Shown: positions 43,488-53,688, numbered from the stretch's first letter. The stretch is DNA of 64,000 nucleotides from Bacilli bacterium (GCA_017962745.1 JAGCUR010000005.1:7193-71192); one strand, 5' to 3'. Notes: generated by a model from the sequence alone, not told the origin. Numbers and translations: made by a program.

Positions 43488-46029
43488 CCTTAGTATTAAG
43501 GAGTGGCACTACTTCATCTACGCTCTTTCTTATTATATTAAATAGATCTGGCCTCTTTTCTAAAAACGGAATAATGACATTATCGATACAGTTAAATACT
43601 GATTCATAAGTTTTTCCTTCCATTACTTCAAATGTATCATATACATTTTCATCGTTAGAGAATGGATAACTATAAACAAATGAATCGACTACGATTACAT
43701 CATAATCAAGATTAAACATCTTATCTTGATATAAGCTAATCGCATAAGGATAAAGGATATGTTGAATATAAGGATTATTAGCTTTATCTTTATATTTACC
43801 ACTCTTGTAATCCACAAATCTTAAATGTAAAATTCTATTTTCTAAATAACCATCAAGTCGATCAATAAATCCACTAAATACTAATTTATTATTTTTAGGA
43901 TAAATAGCTTTATATTTATCACTTAAATTAAATTCAGTAGCAAGCACACGATATTTTTTATTCTTAAAATCTTTCTCAATCATTTTAATAATATAATCAT
44001 GAGCTGTATCTTTGATTTCTTTAATCTCTTTGTATTTAATGTATTCGTTTCTTTCAGCGTTTCTCTCTTCAGCCTCTTTTTTCGCAATTCTAAATGCTTC
44101 ACTAAAGATTGCCTCATCAATAGAAGGTTTATAGTTTTCAAGCTTTAAAGACATGTTAGCATATTCTTCTAATATCTTATGGAAGAATGTACCTTTTTCA
44201 TTAGCTTCTAACCAGTTATAAACTTCTAGTTGTTGATAACTAACATCACTAAGCCTTGCCATATACTGGTAATAATATTGTAATGGACAATTCATTAAAT
44301 TAGTTAGTGCACTAGGTGATAGTTTAAACACATCTTCTTTTTCTTTTATAGTTTGTTTCTCTACAATAACTTCTTCATCTAAGTGTTCTTCATCACTTAC
44401 AATACTACCATTATCAAGCGCTCTACTAACTTTCTCTACTGCTACAATTTCTTTATGGGGCATGCAGATATTAGTATCTTCAATATCATATAAATTCTTA
44501 TGAATTGATTCAATTCCTTTAGTTAAGTTAATCAAATAAATTGATTTAGCTGAATCACGCATATCTATCTTATTAAATGAAGAATAAGATAAATAAATAT
44601 TAGAATTACTATAATCTAAATAATAATCTAACGCATCAGTTACTTTTCTCTTTAAGCATTCTAAAGTATGAATGCTAGTACCCTTGCTAAACGCATTCTT
44701 ATATTCATCTATATTAACAATAAATGGATTTTCTGAATCATAACTATTTAGATAAGTTTGACTAAGTCCTAAAATAAATAAGTTTTGGCGAAGTGAAAAA
44801 GACTTATTTATGCTAGATACAAGTAATGCTTCGCCACTATCTGCTTCACTATAACGAAGCGATCCTAATTCTTCTTCTAACACTTTAATCTTATCGTTAG
44901 TATAAGCTAGTATATATTTTAAGTTATCAATCTTATCAATTAAAACTAACTTTTCATTAGTAGCCTTACAATACTTTTTGATAAAGGTAATAAACTTATC
45001 AAAATCAATTGTATCTTTACTAGGAAATGCTTCAATTAGTTCATTTAAGAATTCATAAATGTTAGTTTTAGAATTACTATATTTAATATCATCTAATAAT
45101 AAATTAGTTCTCTCTTTTCCAAACCCCACGATTACTTTTGGAAATGCTAAAGTTTTATAAAACTCTTCTAAATATACTTCATCTAATGCTTCATTCTTTA
45201 AAGCTTTTTCTAATAATTCATATTTAAAATCAGCTTTTACATATTCTAGTATATCTAAAATAAATGATACAAGATTTGTAGATTTGGCATGAACATTAGT
45301 CAATCTATATTTGATTCCTAATGAATCAAATAAACCTCTTGCTAAGTTTTCATAAATATCATTAGTATAAATAACTTCGCAATCACTTAAAGCTAACTTA
45401 TTCTTATTAATAATATCTACTACATTTAATAATTCATTATAAACTCCATATGTATCATACACTGCTACGATGTTTTTATCTCCAAGTGTAGGACTAACAT
45501 TAATTACTTCTTTGAAGTAATTATTAATAGCTTTCCTTTCTAATCCTGATAATTCTAAATCATTTAATAAATAAGCACTAATTTCAACTTTTTCATTAAA
45601 TACTTTAGTTAGAGCATATGGATAATCAACTAAATCTAGTTCATCTAGTTTTAAGTTGTAGTCTTTAAGTAACTTAGCATAGTCAGCTTTATACATGCCT
45701 TTAAATGAATTCGCTTCATTTAGCCTACAATCATTTATTAAATCAAGTAATTTCATGATTGAATCAGGGCTTAAATTTAAATCTTTTAAGCCATAATCAT
45801 TTTTAGAAATTAGACCAAATATAATAAATGCAGCTTCTTTTGTGCTAATTAGTCTCAATCCTTTATTATTTATTAAGTTGTATTTTTCAATTAGTTTTTG
45901 TGCTAATAGTCTTGGCGTTAATATTTCATAATTAACAATTGCTCGATGATTTAAATTAAGGTTAGCAACATATCGTCTAACGACATTTAAATCACTACCA
46001 ATTAACACTTTCTTTTCAAGTAATTTCAT
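43411..46029 (-). CDS. addB: ATP-dependent helicase/nuclease subunit B (AddB/RexB-type; inactive helicase scaffold plus C-terminal Fe-S nuclease)
   Basis: 872 aa; no N-terminal Walker A (RexB-like); C-terminal nuclease motif (GFIDRLDGY..VDYKSGK) and Cys cluster (CKFCSYKGVC); upstream of and overlapping addA. Confidence 0.7.
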   Translation of the reverse strand: MKLLEKKVLIGSDLNVVRRYVANLNLNHRAIVNYEILTPRLLAQKLIEKYNLINNKGLRLISTKEAAFIIFGLISKNDYGLKDLNLSPDSIMKLLDLINDCRLNEANSFKGMYKADYAKLLKDYNLKLDELDLVDYPYALTKVFNEKVEISAYLLNDLELSGLERKAINNYFKEVINVSPTLGDKNIVAVYDTYGVYNELLNVVDIINKNKLALSDCEVIYTNDIYENLARGLFDSLGIKYRLTNVHAKSTNLVSFILDILEYVKADFKYELLEKALKNEALDEVYLEEFYKTLAFPKVIVGFGKERTNLLLDDIKYSNSKTNIYEFLNELIEAFPSKDTIDFDKFITFIKKYCKATNEKLVLIDKIDNLKYILAYTNDKIKVLEEELGSLRYSEADSGEALLVSSINKSFSLRQNLFILGLSQTYLNSYDSENPFIVNIDEYKNAFSKGTSIHTLECLKRKVTDALDYYLDYSNSNIYLSYSSFNKIDMRDSAKSIYLINLTKGIESIHKNLYDIEDTNICMPHKEIVAVEKVSRALDNGSIVSDEEHLDEEVIVEKQTIKEKEDVFKLSPSALTNLMNCPLQYYYQYMARLSDVSYQQLEVYNWLEANEKGTFFHKILEEYANMSLKLENYKPSIDEAIFSEAFRIAKKEAEERNAERNEYIKYKEIKEIKDTAHDYIIKMIEKDFKNKKYRVLATEFNLSDKYKAIYPKNNKLVFSGFIDRLDGYLENRILHLRFVDYKSGKYKDKANNPYIQHILYPYAISLYQDKMFNLDYDVIVVDSFVYSYPFSNDENVYDTFEVMEGKTYESVFNCIDNVIIPFLEKRPDLFNIIRKSVDEVVPLLNTKDGKDHCKFCSYKGVCVKRVKDGYLD

Positions 46030-46131
46030 AATACATTCCTCTTCATAAATAATTATAGCATTAACTATAACCTTATAACATATGAAAATTATTTCATTTT
46101 CGTTAACAAAAGAGGAGATTTATCTCCTCTT

Positions 46132-47424
46132 TTATTCTTCAGTATAAGTTATCTCTTCTGCTTTTTTATAATCTAGTTCGGTAACGTCTTTTAACTTCTT
46201 TTGAATTTGACGCGTTCTAGTACCTACTAGGTTTTCAATTTCATTATCAGCTTGTTTAATCTTATCTTGTGCTTTCTTTAAAACTTCCGCAAATGTATTA
46301 AATTCCGTTTTAACTGCACTTAATAAGTTCCATACTTCACTAGATCTCTTTTGAATAGCTAGAGTTCTAAATCCGACTTGTAAACTATTGAGTAATGCTG
46401 CCATTGTAGTAGGGCCGGCAATAATGATACGATAAGTGTTTTGTAATTCATCGATTAAGCCGCTTTTTGCAACTTCAGCGTACAGCCCCTCAACTGGTAA
46501 AAACATAATACCAAAATCAGTTGTGAATGGTGGCTCAATGTATTTATCTCTAATGTCTTTCGCAAACTTTTTAATGCTAGCCTTTAGGCTTGTTTGCGCT
46601 TTTTCAATTTGATCTTTATCTAAGCTGTCATAAGCATCTAGTAAGTTAGAATAGCCATCAAGTGGGAACTTAGAATCAACTGGTATCCTAACAATCTCAT
46701 CATTATCACCCGGAAGTCTGATTGCAAACTCTACTGGATCTTTAGATTTAGGTCTCGTCACTACATTTTCTTCATATTGATCAGCAGTAAGAAGTTGACT
46801 TAAGATTTGTGAAAGTTGCATTTCACCCCAAATACCTCTAGTCTTAACATTAGTTAAGACTTTCTTTAGATCGCCTACACCTGTTGCTAATGTCTGCATT
46901 TCACCTAAGCCTAATTGAACTTTATCTAAGTTTTCTTGAACTAGTTTAAATGATTCTGTCAAACGCTTATTTAGTGTAGATTCTAACTTTTCATCAACAG
47001 TCTTACGCATCTCTTCTAATTTCTTAGAATTTTCTTCTTGTAATTTTTCAATTGATTTAGCCAGAGTTTCTCTAATACTATTTAAATATTCTTCTATCTT
47101 ATTAGTATTTTCTTTAACACTTGCTTCTACACCTGATACATTTTCTTTCAAAGTATTAGTTAATAGATCAAGTTTTTCATTTGTAGACTTATTAAAGTTA
47201 TCTAAATAAGAATTAAGGTCACTACTAATCGCTTTTTGAACATTACTTAACTTATTATCAATTTCTTGTTTTAATCTACTAATCTCATCTTTGATTTCTT
47301 TTTCTAGTTTAGTTGTGTCTAGTTCTTTTTGTCCATCGTTTTTCTTTTTGAAGATTAAGAATAAAAATACTAAACAGGCAAGTACCAAAACAATTAGTAT
47401 TATTAATAAAATAGTATCAATCAT
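46132..47424 (-). CDS. rmuC: DNA recombination protein RmuC
   Basis: 430 aa; N-terminal TM anchor, long coiled coil, C-terminal RmuC nuclease-like domain. Confidence 0.75.
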   Translation of the reverse strand: MIDTILLIILIVLVLACLVFLFLIFKKKNDGQKELDTTKLEKEIKDEISRLKQEIDNKLSNVQKAISSDLNSYLDNFNKSTNEKLDLLTNTLKENVSGVEASVKENTNKIEEYLNSIRETLAKSIEKLQEENSKKLEEMRKTVDEKLESTLNKRLTESFKLVQENLDKVQLGLGEMQTLATGVGDLKKVLTNVKTRGIWGEMQLSQILSQLLTADQYEENVVTRPKSKDPVEFAIRLPGDNDEIVRIPVDSKFPLDGYSNLLDAYDSLDKDQIEKAQTSLKASIKKFAKDIRDKYIEPPFTTDFGIMFLPVEGLYAEVAKSGLIDELQNTYRIIIAGPTTMAALLNSLQVGFRTLAIQKRSSEVWNLLSAVKTEFNTFAEVLKKAQDKIKQADNEIENLVGTRTRQIQKKLKDVTELDYKKAEEITYTEE

Positions 47425-47488
47425 TTTTATCTCCTTATATTTATCGTAATTAGATTATATCATTTATTACTAATAAATCTATATTTTT

Positions 47489-47944
47489 TTAAATGACATC
47501 AATGGTTTTTCCTAAAGCATTAAAAAGCTTATTAATCTTTGCTAAAGTGGGGTTACCTATCCCTTTTTCTAGTTTAGAAATGTCGCCTTGATCAATATGC
47601 GATAGCTTTGATAGTTGTACTTGTGTAATTCCTTTTTCTTCTCTAGTCTTTGCTAATAGTAGCCCTATTTTTTGATTCAAAGTAGTTGATACATAACCTA
47701 CTAGTTCACCATCTTCATAAACTGTCATTGCATCAATATCAATATCATCATTCCAAATTACGCCATAACCACCTCCATCAAGATGGCCACTTAAGAATAA
47801 ATCGCGATTAAGTTCTAATTCTTTAATCTTTGGATACTTATTCTTTAGCAAAGCCATATCATATATTATTACTTTACCATCCTGAAAAGTAAGTTCAATT
47901 TTTACACCTTCTAAAAAGCGAATGTTTATAGCAGAAACAATCAT
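47489..47944 (-). CDS. DUF2442 domain fused to C-terminal XRE-type HTH
   Basis: N-terminal 85 aa follow the DUF2442 pattern (ELTFQDGKV..DLFLSG..GYGVIWNDDIDIDAMTVY); C-terminal KGITQVQLSKLSHIDQGDISKLEKG is a Cro/C1 HTH. Confidence 0.65.
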   Translation of the reverse strand: MIVSAINIRFLEGVKIELTFQDGKVIIYDMALLKNKYPKIKELELNRDLFLSGHLDGGGYGVIWNDDIDIDAMTVYEDGELVGYVSTTLNQKIGLLLAKTREEKGITQVQLSKLSHIDQGDISKLEKGIGNPTLAKINKLFNALGKTIDVI

Positions 47945-47992
47945 AATTCACCTCTATTACTCGAGCCCTTTTTATCTTTCTATAATTACCTG

Positions 47993-48115
47993 TTACCCAC
48001 ATATCCATAAGGTCTTTTTTGTTTTTAGTAATAAACTCTTTGACCATTCTTTGTGCTCTTTATTCTTTAAATACATTCTAATAACGATTCCATAAAAAGC
48101 AATAATCGTTGGCAT
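47993..48115 (-). pseudogene. Truncated DUF4160-like ORF (40 aa remnant) with strong RBS
   Basis: Translation MPTIIAFYGIVIRMYLKNKEHKEW.. matches the DUF4160 N-terminal signature (MPtI..FyGi.IrMY..dHnPPHfH) but diverges and stops after 40 aa; AAGGAGG 7 nt upstream of the ATG. Confidence 0.5.
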
Positions 48116-48132
48116 TAACTCTATCCTCCTTA

Positions 48133-48161
48133 ATTATATGGTATTTATACCATATTGTCAA
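48133..48161 (-). promoter_or_regulatory. Consensus sigma-70-type promoter (TTGACA-17-TATAAT) with a perfect 9-bp inverted repeat (atatggtat-N2-ataccatat, 48136-48155) in the spacer; putative autoregulatory operator
   Basis: Minus-strand read: TTGACAatatggtataaataccaTATAATtaaggagg..ATG; the palindrome occupies the spacer and overlaps the -10. Confidence 0.6.
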
Positions 48162-48221
48162 ATGTATATTTTGCATTTCATACATATAATTAACATAAGA
48201 GTTAACTTTTTCTTAACAAAA

Positions 48222-48254
48222 TAAAAAAGATGCAATCGCTTCACGATTACATCT
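48222..48254 (-). terminator. Rho-independent terminator downstream of the flavoprotein gene
   Basis: Stem gatgcaatcg / cgattacatc (one mismatch) followed on the minus strand by TTTTTTATTTTG. Confidence 0.5.
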
Positions 48255-48263
48255 CTAGTTAAA

Positions 48264-48887
48264 TTATCTAATAAAATTAGTAGCAACTCTTTCTTCGTCT
48301 TCTAGCATTTCTTGATACTTTTCTTTTCCATCTTTAATCGATTTCATCAAGAAAGCCATTCTTTTAGCGACAATTCGCGCGTTACGAAGTCCTTCTAAAT
48401 CCGACTTAACTTCGCCTTTAGCGCCACCAAAAGCATTGTTCCAATAATCACCTGATGCTATAGGCATACCAGATATTGTGAAATACTTGTTGATGATATC
48501 AAAGCTAGTTTCAGTTCCGCCACGTCTAGCTATATTGAAGTTAGCACCAACTTTAAATCTAACGTCATAATTTCTACTATAGAAAAGCCTATCAAGTAAT
48601 GAAATTACTGATCCATTTGGTGAACCAAAATATACTGGGCTCACAACAATTAGTCCATCGGCTTCTTTAAACTTTTCACTTACTTCATTTACGATATCAT
48701 TAAATACGCAACCGTTTTTCGTCTTTTTACAAGTAAGGCAGGCCATGCAGCCCCTTACTTCTTTAGTGCCAATATTTTGAATAACAGTTTGTACATCATA
48801 CTTATTAAATTCGTTTTCTAATTCTTCAATTAAATTAGCACAATTACCATCAATACGCGGTGATCCATTAATAATTAGTACTTTCAT
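48264..48887 (-). CDS. Iron-sulfur flavoprotein-like NADPH-dependent FMN reductase (flavodoxin-like fold with compact Cys cluster)
   Basis: MKVLIINGSPR, SPVYFGSPNG flavodoxin-like motifs plus CX2CX2CX6C (CMACLTCKKTKNGC) as in the Isf family; 207 aa. Confidence 0.65.
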   Translation of the reverse strand: MKVLIINGSPRIDGNCANLIEELENEFNKYDVQTVIQNIGTKEVRGCMACLTCKKTKNGCVFNDIVNEVSEKFKEADGLIVVSPVYFGSPNGSVISLLDRLFYSRNYDVRFKVGANFNIARRGGTETSFDIINKYFTISGMPIASGDYWNNAFGGAKGEVKSDLEGLRNARIVAKRMAFLMKSIKDGKEKYQEMLEDEERVATNFIR

Positions 48888-48917
48888 TTTAGTCTTCTCC
48901 TTTTATAGATTTAATAA

Positions 48918-51380
48918 CTATTCTCTAGATCGCGTGTTATCTGCGATATTCCATCTCTTGATAGAAAACATTGAGAATAGATGCGTTAATATAATAATTA
49001 ACATTATAAATGCAAAAGCAATCGCTACTGCTGGAACGCTAAATACTGTTGGATAAGTTTGCGTCGGTGATGAGCAGACCTTAAATAGTAGTACCGAAAT
49101 ATAATATCCTGCCGGTATCGCAAATATTGATGCTATCAATAATTGTGCTACACTTTGCAAAGTCCAAACATCTGATACGTTTTTAAGTGTAAAGCCAATT
49201 GCTCTTAAGATTGTTAGTTGTCTCTTTTGTTCCATCAAAGCATTTTGACTCATAATAACTAGGATTATTAATCCCATACCAAATGAGAATCCAACCATTA
49301 CATAAATAAAGATATTTATGGCATCGAATATATCGTGGATGTCCTTACTTAGATTTCTTGTAAATACCGTAAGGGTTCCTGATGCTGCATCATCTAAATA
49401 TTCTAAGACAGCATCTTCATTATTAGTATTAAATAAGATAGATGAAACATATGTATCTGTAATTTGACTCAACTGATATTTTGATAAATAAGTAATCGGA
49501 TGGAAATACTGATTAGATATGTCAACTACTAATACATCAACACCATTTACTCTAATCGTATCACCTTTTCTAACTTTCAATTCTTTCGCTAACGTCTTTG
49601 GTAAAATAATACCATTTCTTGGAATGCTTAAAAACTTTCTTGCATGAGCATCTGGAATATTAACCATATTATTTTGTGATGTCTCATCGATTGCTAAACA
49701 TTCTAGGTATGTTTTCCTATTACCATTAGTTGCTTCCACATAAGTATAATAACAATTTTCACTTTTAGTAATAAAATCTTTGCTAGTTAATTCTTCTGCT
49801 TCTTCTTCAGTTATTTGACCAGCATAATAAATTTGGCCATCATATTGTGGACGAATGTCAACCGATTGATTTACCATTCTTGTCTTTGCGGCAAAGAAAG
49901 ATAATGTAATTATAATAATTACAAATGAGGCAAAGATTGAAAATGTAGATACAAAGAAACGTTTGAAGTTTTGGGCAATTGAGTTAACACCAAGTTTTGT
50001 ATTCATCGGTGCTTTATCAATAAATCTACTTAACCATTTTGGTAATGGTTTTCTCTTTGATTCGTTAGAAATCGTCGCATCCTTTGGTGTAATTCTTAAT
50101 ATTCCTCTACAAGAAATTAATGTCGTAAATTCGGAAAAGGCAATTAGTGCTACACATGCGCCGACGCAGATTCCAGCTTGCAAACCAATAGGTAATGTTG
50201 GCATTGAATATGTCTTACGCATTACTAGTATTAGCTGCGAATTAATTAGATATCCTAGTCCTACTCCTAAGATACCAGATAGTGCACTCATCAAGAATGT
50301 AAATAAGAAAAATAATGCACTAATATCGCGGAAGCCAACACCAATTGACATCATAACACCAATTTCTTTGGTCATTGCGGTAATCATTTGATTAATGAAT
50401 AGACCAATAACAATCATCGTAACAAAATAGAAAAATATTGGTAAGAAAATTGATGCTGTTCTTAATTGCTTAATGCAGTTTTCTAAATACAATATGTAAA
50501 TTAATTTATGAGCTTCACTCTTTTCTTTAACTTCAATTCCTTTGGCGTCTAAATAAGCATTTACATTTTGAACAACCTCTTCTTGGCTATATCCTTCCTT
50601 AGCTTCAATTAGTATTTGATTAGCATATTTACTAGCATAATCATTACCAATTAAATATTTATCAGCTAAATCTGGAATATCGCTACCGATTATTGCTACA
50701 GCAGTTTGATAATAAGCACTATACTCTTCGCTTGAGTTAATCTTTTCATCGATTACTGCTGCTAATCTCTCTAATGCCTTATCTAGTTCTATTTCGTTGA
50801 TATAAATATAGCCGAAGTCACTATTATCACTCCACACATAATCATTAGCACGCGCTTTAATTCCTTCAGGCGTTTCAATTATTTCATTTATATATAATGG
50901 AATGTATGTTTTAAAGTAACCTATCTTAATTTCATCACCAAGTTTAAGACCATTGTTTTCTGCGAAGTTACGAAGCACTGATACATTTACCGCGTCAACT
51001 CTTCTTTCCTTTTGTTCTACAATATATCTTTTAAATACTTGGTTATCTTCTTCACTAAATGTATAAATTCTAGAAGTAATTATACGCCCCTTCGAATTTA
51101 CCATACGAACGTCTAATGTAAGACGGTAATCAACTTGCGCAACGCCTTCAACTTGCGCAACGCCTTCTATAGTTGCTTTTTCGACTAAGCCTGTTTTAAA
51201 TATCGCATCAACGCTTTCATATTCCTTTAAATATCCTTTAAATTCTGTTTGAAGGTGGAATAATGTAGAGGCAAATGCACAAAGCATTCCAATCGAAAGC
51301 ACCGATACAAAAACCATTGATACAAAAAGGCCAGCATACCTTTTGAAGAATGGTTTAAACATTATTTTAATCATTACCAA
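48918..51380 (-). CDS. ABC transporter permease, FtsX/MacB-like (two FtsX modules with large extracytoplasmic domains)
   Basis: 820 aa; N-terminal TM, extracytoplasmic domain, 3-4 TM, second extracytoplasmic domain, 3-4 TM; overlaps the upstream ATPase gene. Confidence 0.75.
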   Translation of the reverse strand: MVMIKIMFKPFFKRYAGLFVSMVFVSVLSIGMLCAFASTLFHLQTEFKGYLKEYESVDAIFKTGLVEKATIEGVAQVEGVAQVDYRLTLDVRMVNSKGRIITSRIYTFSEEDNQVFKRYIVEQKERRVDAVNVSVLRNFAENNGLKLGDEIKIGYFKTYIPLYINEIIETPEGIKARANDYVWSDNSDFGYIYINEIELDKALERLAAVIDEKINSSEEYSAYYQTAVAIIGSDIPDLADKYLIGNDYASKYANQILIEAKEGYSQEEVVQNVNAYLDAKGIEVKEKSEAHKLIYILYLENCIKQLRTASIFLPIFFYFVTMIVIGLFINQMITAMTKEIGVMMSIGVGFRDISALFFLFTFLMSALSGILGVGLGYLINSQLILVMRKTYSMPTLPIGLQAGICVGACVALIAFSEFTTLISCRGILRITPKDATISNESKRKPLPKWLSRFIDKAPMNTKLGVNSIAQNFKRFFVSTFSIFASFVIIIITLSFFAAKTRMVNQSVDIRPQYDGQIYYAGQITEEEAEELTSKDFITKSENCYYTYVEATNGNRKTYLECLAIDETSQNNMVNIPDAHARKFLSIPRNGIILPKTLAKELKVRKGDTIRVNGVDVLVVDISNQYFHPITYLSKYQLSQITDTYVSSILFNTNNEDAVLEYLDDAASGTLTVFTRNLSKDIHDIFDAINIFIYVMVGFSFGMGLIILVIMSQNALMEQKRQLTILRAIGFTLKNVSDVWTLQSVAQLLIASIFAIPAGYYISVLLFKVCSSPTQTYPTVFSVPAVAIAFAFIMLIIILTHLFSMFSIKRWNIADNTRSRE
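51131..51166. repeat. Perfect 2 x 18-bp in-frame tandem duplication inside the permease gene (protein EGVAQV-EGVAQV)
   Basis: caacttgcgcaacgcctt repeated twice consecutively. Confidence 0.9.
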
Positions 51381-52078
51381 ACCACCTCAGATGCTTTGAT
51401 AATATGGTCATTAACCTCTTCGCTTACAACTTTGCCATTTTTCATCGTGATGATACGATTAGCCATACCGGCTATTTCTTTAGTATGTGTAACTAAAACA
51501 ACTGTTTTTCCTTCATTATGAATTTCTTCTAGTAACTCTAATACCGCTTTACCAGAAGTATCATCTAAGGCTCCTGTCGGTTCATCACACAATAGTATTT
51601 CACTATTTTTATTTAAAGCTCTTGCGATAGCAACTCTTTGTTGCTGCCCGCCAGATAATTGACGAGGGAATTTGTTTTCTTTACCTTCTAGTCCTACGCG
51701 CTTTAATAATTCCATTGCCTTTTCTTTATCACGGGCTCCTGGAGCTAACATAACATTTTGTAAGACCGTAATATCGTTAATTAAGTTAAAGAATTGGTAA
51801 ACAAAACCGATTGTATCGCGTCGATATAAAGTTAACTCTTTATCGCTAAACTTTACGATATCATCTCCTAATACATCAATTACACCGCTATCGACTTTGT
51901 CGATACCGCCTAACATATTCAGAAAAGTTGATTTGCCAGATCCCGATCCGCCAACGATGACTAAGAATTCATGTTCGTATACTTTAATAGATACTTTATT
52001 TAAAGCATACATCAAACCTTCTCCTTCTCCGTATGTCTTTATTAAATCTTTAGCTTCAATTATAACTTTTTGTTCCAT
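51374..52078 (-). CDS. ABC transporter ATP-binding protein (MacB/LolD-like)
   Basis: Walker A GGSGSGKST, signature LSGGQQQRVAIARA, Walker B LLCDEPTGALD; 234 aa. Confidence 0.9.
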   Translation of the reverse strand: MEQKVIIEAKDLIKTYGEGEGLMYALNKVSIKVYEHEFLVIVGGSGSGKSTFLNMLGGIDKVDSGVIDVLGDDIVKFSDKELTLYRRDTIGFVYQFFNLINDITVLQNVMLAPGARDKEKAMELLKRVGLEGKENKFPRQLSGGQQQRVAIARALNKNSEILLCDEPTGALDDTSGKAVLELLEEIHNEGKTVVLVTHTKEIAGMANRIITMKNGKVVSEEVNDHIIKASEVVW

Positions 52079-52096
52079 TTTTACCCTCGCATTTTT

Positions 52097-53677
52097 TTAT
52101 AATAATGTTGATATTATTTTAATTAATGAACATAAGTGTCTTGCGGCTCCTGTTAATTTATAATTAGCTGGAACTTTTTCTGACACTTCTAGCATCTGTT
52201 TGAAATCTTCTAGTATATCTTGAGCACAATGATTACGATATAGAATTGTTCCGCATTCAAAATGGTGAACTAAACTTCTAAAATCGAAATTGATTGTCCC
52301 AACCATCGCTAATCTTTCATCAGCTAAAATAGTTTTCATATGATTAAATCCAGGCTTGTAACGATAAATATTTACTCCGGCATCAAGTAAATATCTAAAA
52401 TGAGATTCTGCTACTTTGTAAACTAACTTCTTATCAGGTATACCTGGTACGATTAAGTGTACTTTAACTCCCCTCAAAGATGCATTGCGCAATGCATCAA
52501 GCAACTCATAAGTTGGGATTAAGTAAGGAGTTGAGATGAATACTTCATAACGGGCATAATTTAAAATATTAATATATGTTTGCTCACCAATTAAAGCATC
52601 ATCAATTCCACCAGGCCCATCACCAAATGGCATAACATAGCCATCCTCTTCAAATTTAGGATATTGATACATTAAATATTTATTATAATCGCTTACTTCT
52701 TCAGCTGCTAAGTCAAAGTTTTGAAGGAAGATTGTAATTAAGTTATTAATAGCGCTACCTTCAATTTTAACCATTGCATCTTTCCAGTAGCCAAATCTTT
52801 CAATTACGTTACCATATTCATCAGCTAAGTTCATGCCACCTGTAAAGGCCATTTGATGATCGATAACGACAATCTTACGGTGGTCACGGTTATTATAAAC
52901 ACCTGATAGAATCGGTCTAAATGGATGGAACTTATAACACTTAATACCAAATGTTTTTAAGTATTTAGCAGTATTTGATGCAATCGTTCCGCTACATCCC
53001 ATATCATCATAAATTAATCTTACTTCTACCCCTTCTTTAGCTTTCTCAATTAAAGTATTCTTGACATCTGTCCAGTAAACACCATCAGCGATAATAAAGA
53101 ATTCCATGAAAATGAATTCTTTAGCTTGTTTTAAACTTTCAAGTAATACAGGGAAGAATTCTTCGCCAGTTTTATAATAAGTTACTTTGTTATTGACATG
53201 TGGTCCAACTTCAGTTGTATTGTTTAAATAACAAAAAGTGCCAGCCGCATGGCCCATATCGATTTTAGTTGCTTCATCTAATGTGAAATGGGCATGATAT
53301 GCATTTCGCGTAGCTTTAATAATAATGCGGTCTTTCTTTCTTAAGCCGTGGTTTCCAAAAATAATAAACATGATTGAAAAGAAGAATGGTAATAACAACA
53401 TACCAACAATCCATGGAATCTTAAATTCTGGGTCTTCTTGTTTATTAATGATTTTAAAGAATATAATCACCGCTACCACGAAGCCAATTATTCTAAGCAA
53501 TAAATATATTAATAAAATTACACCTTGCCAATTTTGCATCGTTTCATCGGTACCAAATATTTTAGTCATTAAATCATCCATACCAAATTGAAGGAATAAG
53601 AATATTGATGCTTCAATCAGTAATAAAGTAATAAAAATGATATGACCTGAGAATAAATTTCTTAAAAACTTTTTCAT
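52097..53677 (-). CDS. cls: Cardiolipin synthase (PLD superfamily, two HKD motifs)
   Basis: N-terminal TM helices; HKD motifs HRKIVVIDHQMAFTGGMN and HMKTILADERLAMVGTINFD; 526 aa. Confidence 0.85.
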   Translation of the reverse strand: MKKFLRNLFSGHIIFITLLLIEASIFLFLQFGMDDLMTKIFGTDETMQNWQGVILLIYLLLRIIGFVVAVIIFFKIINKQEDPEFKIPWIVGMLLLPFFFSIMFIIFGNHGLRKKDRIIIKATRNAYHAHFTLDEATKIDMGHAAGTFCYLNNTTEVGPHVNNKVTYYKTGEEFFPVLLESLKQAKEFIFMEFFIIADGVYWTDVKNTLIEKAKEGVEVRLIYDDMGCSGTIASNTAKYLKTFGIKCYKFHPFRPILSGVYNNRDHRKIVVIDHQMAFTGGMNLADEYGNVIERFGYWKDAMVKIEGSAINNLITIFLQNFDLAAEEVSDYNKYLMYQYPKFEEDGYVMPFGDGPGGIDDALIGEQTYINILNYARYEVFISTPYLIPTYELLDALRNASLRGVKVHLIVPGIPDKKLVYKVAESHFRYLLDAGVNIYRYKPGFNHMKTILADERLAMVGTINFDFRSLVHHFECGTILYRNHCAQDILEDFKQMLEVSEKVPANYKLTGAARHLCSLIKIISTLL

Positions 53678-53688
53678 TGTTATCTCCT

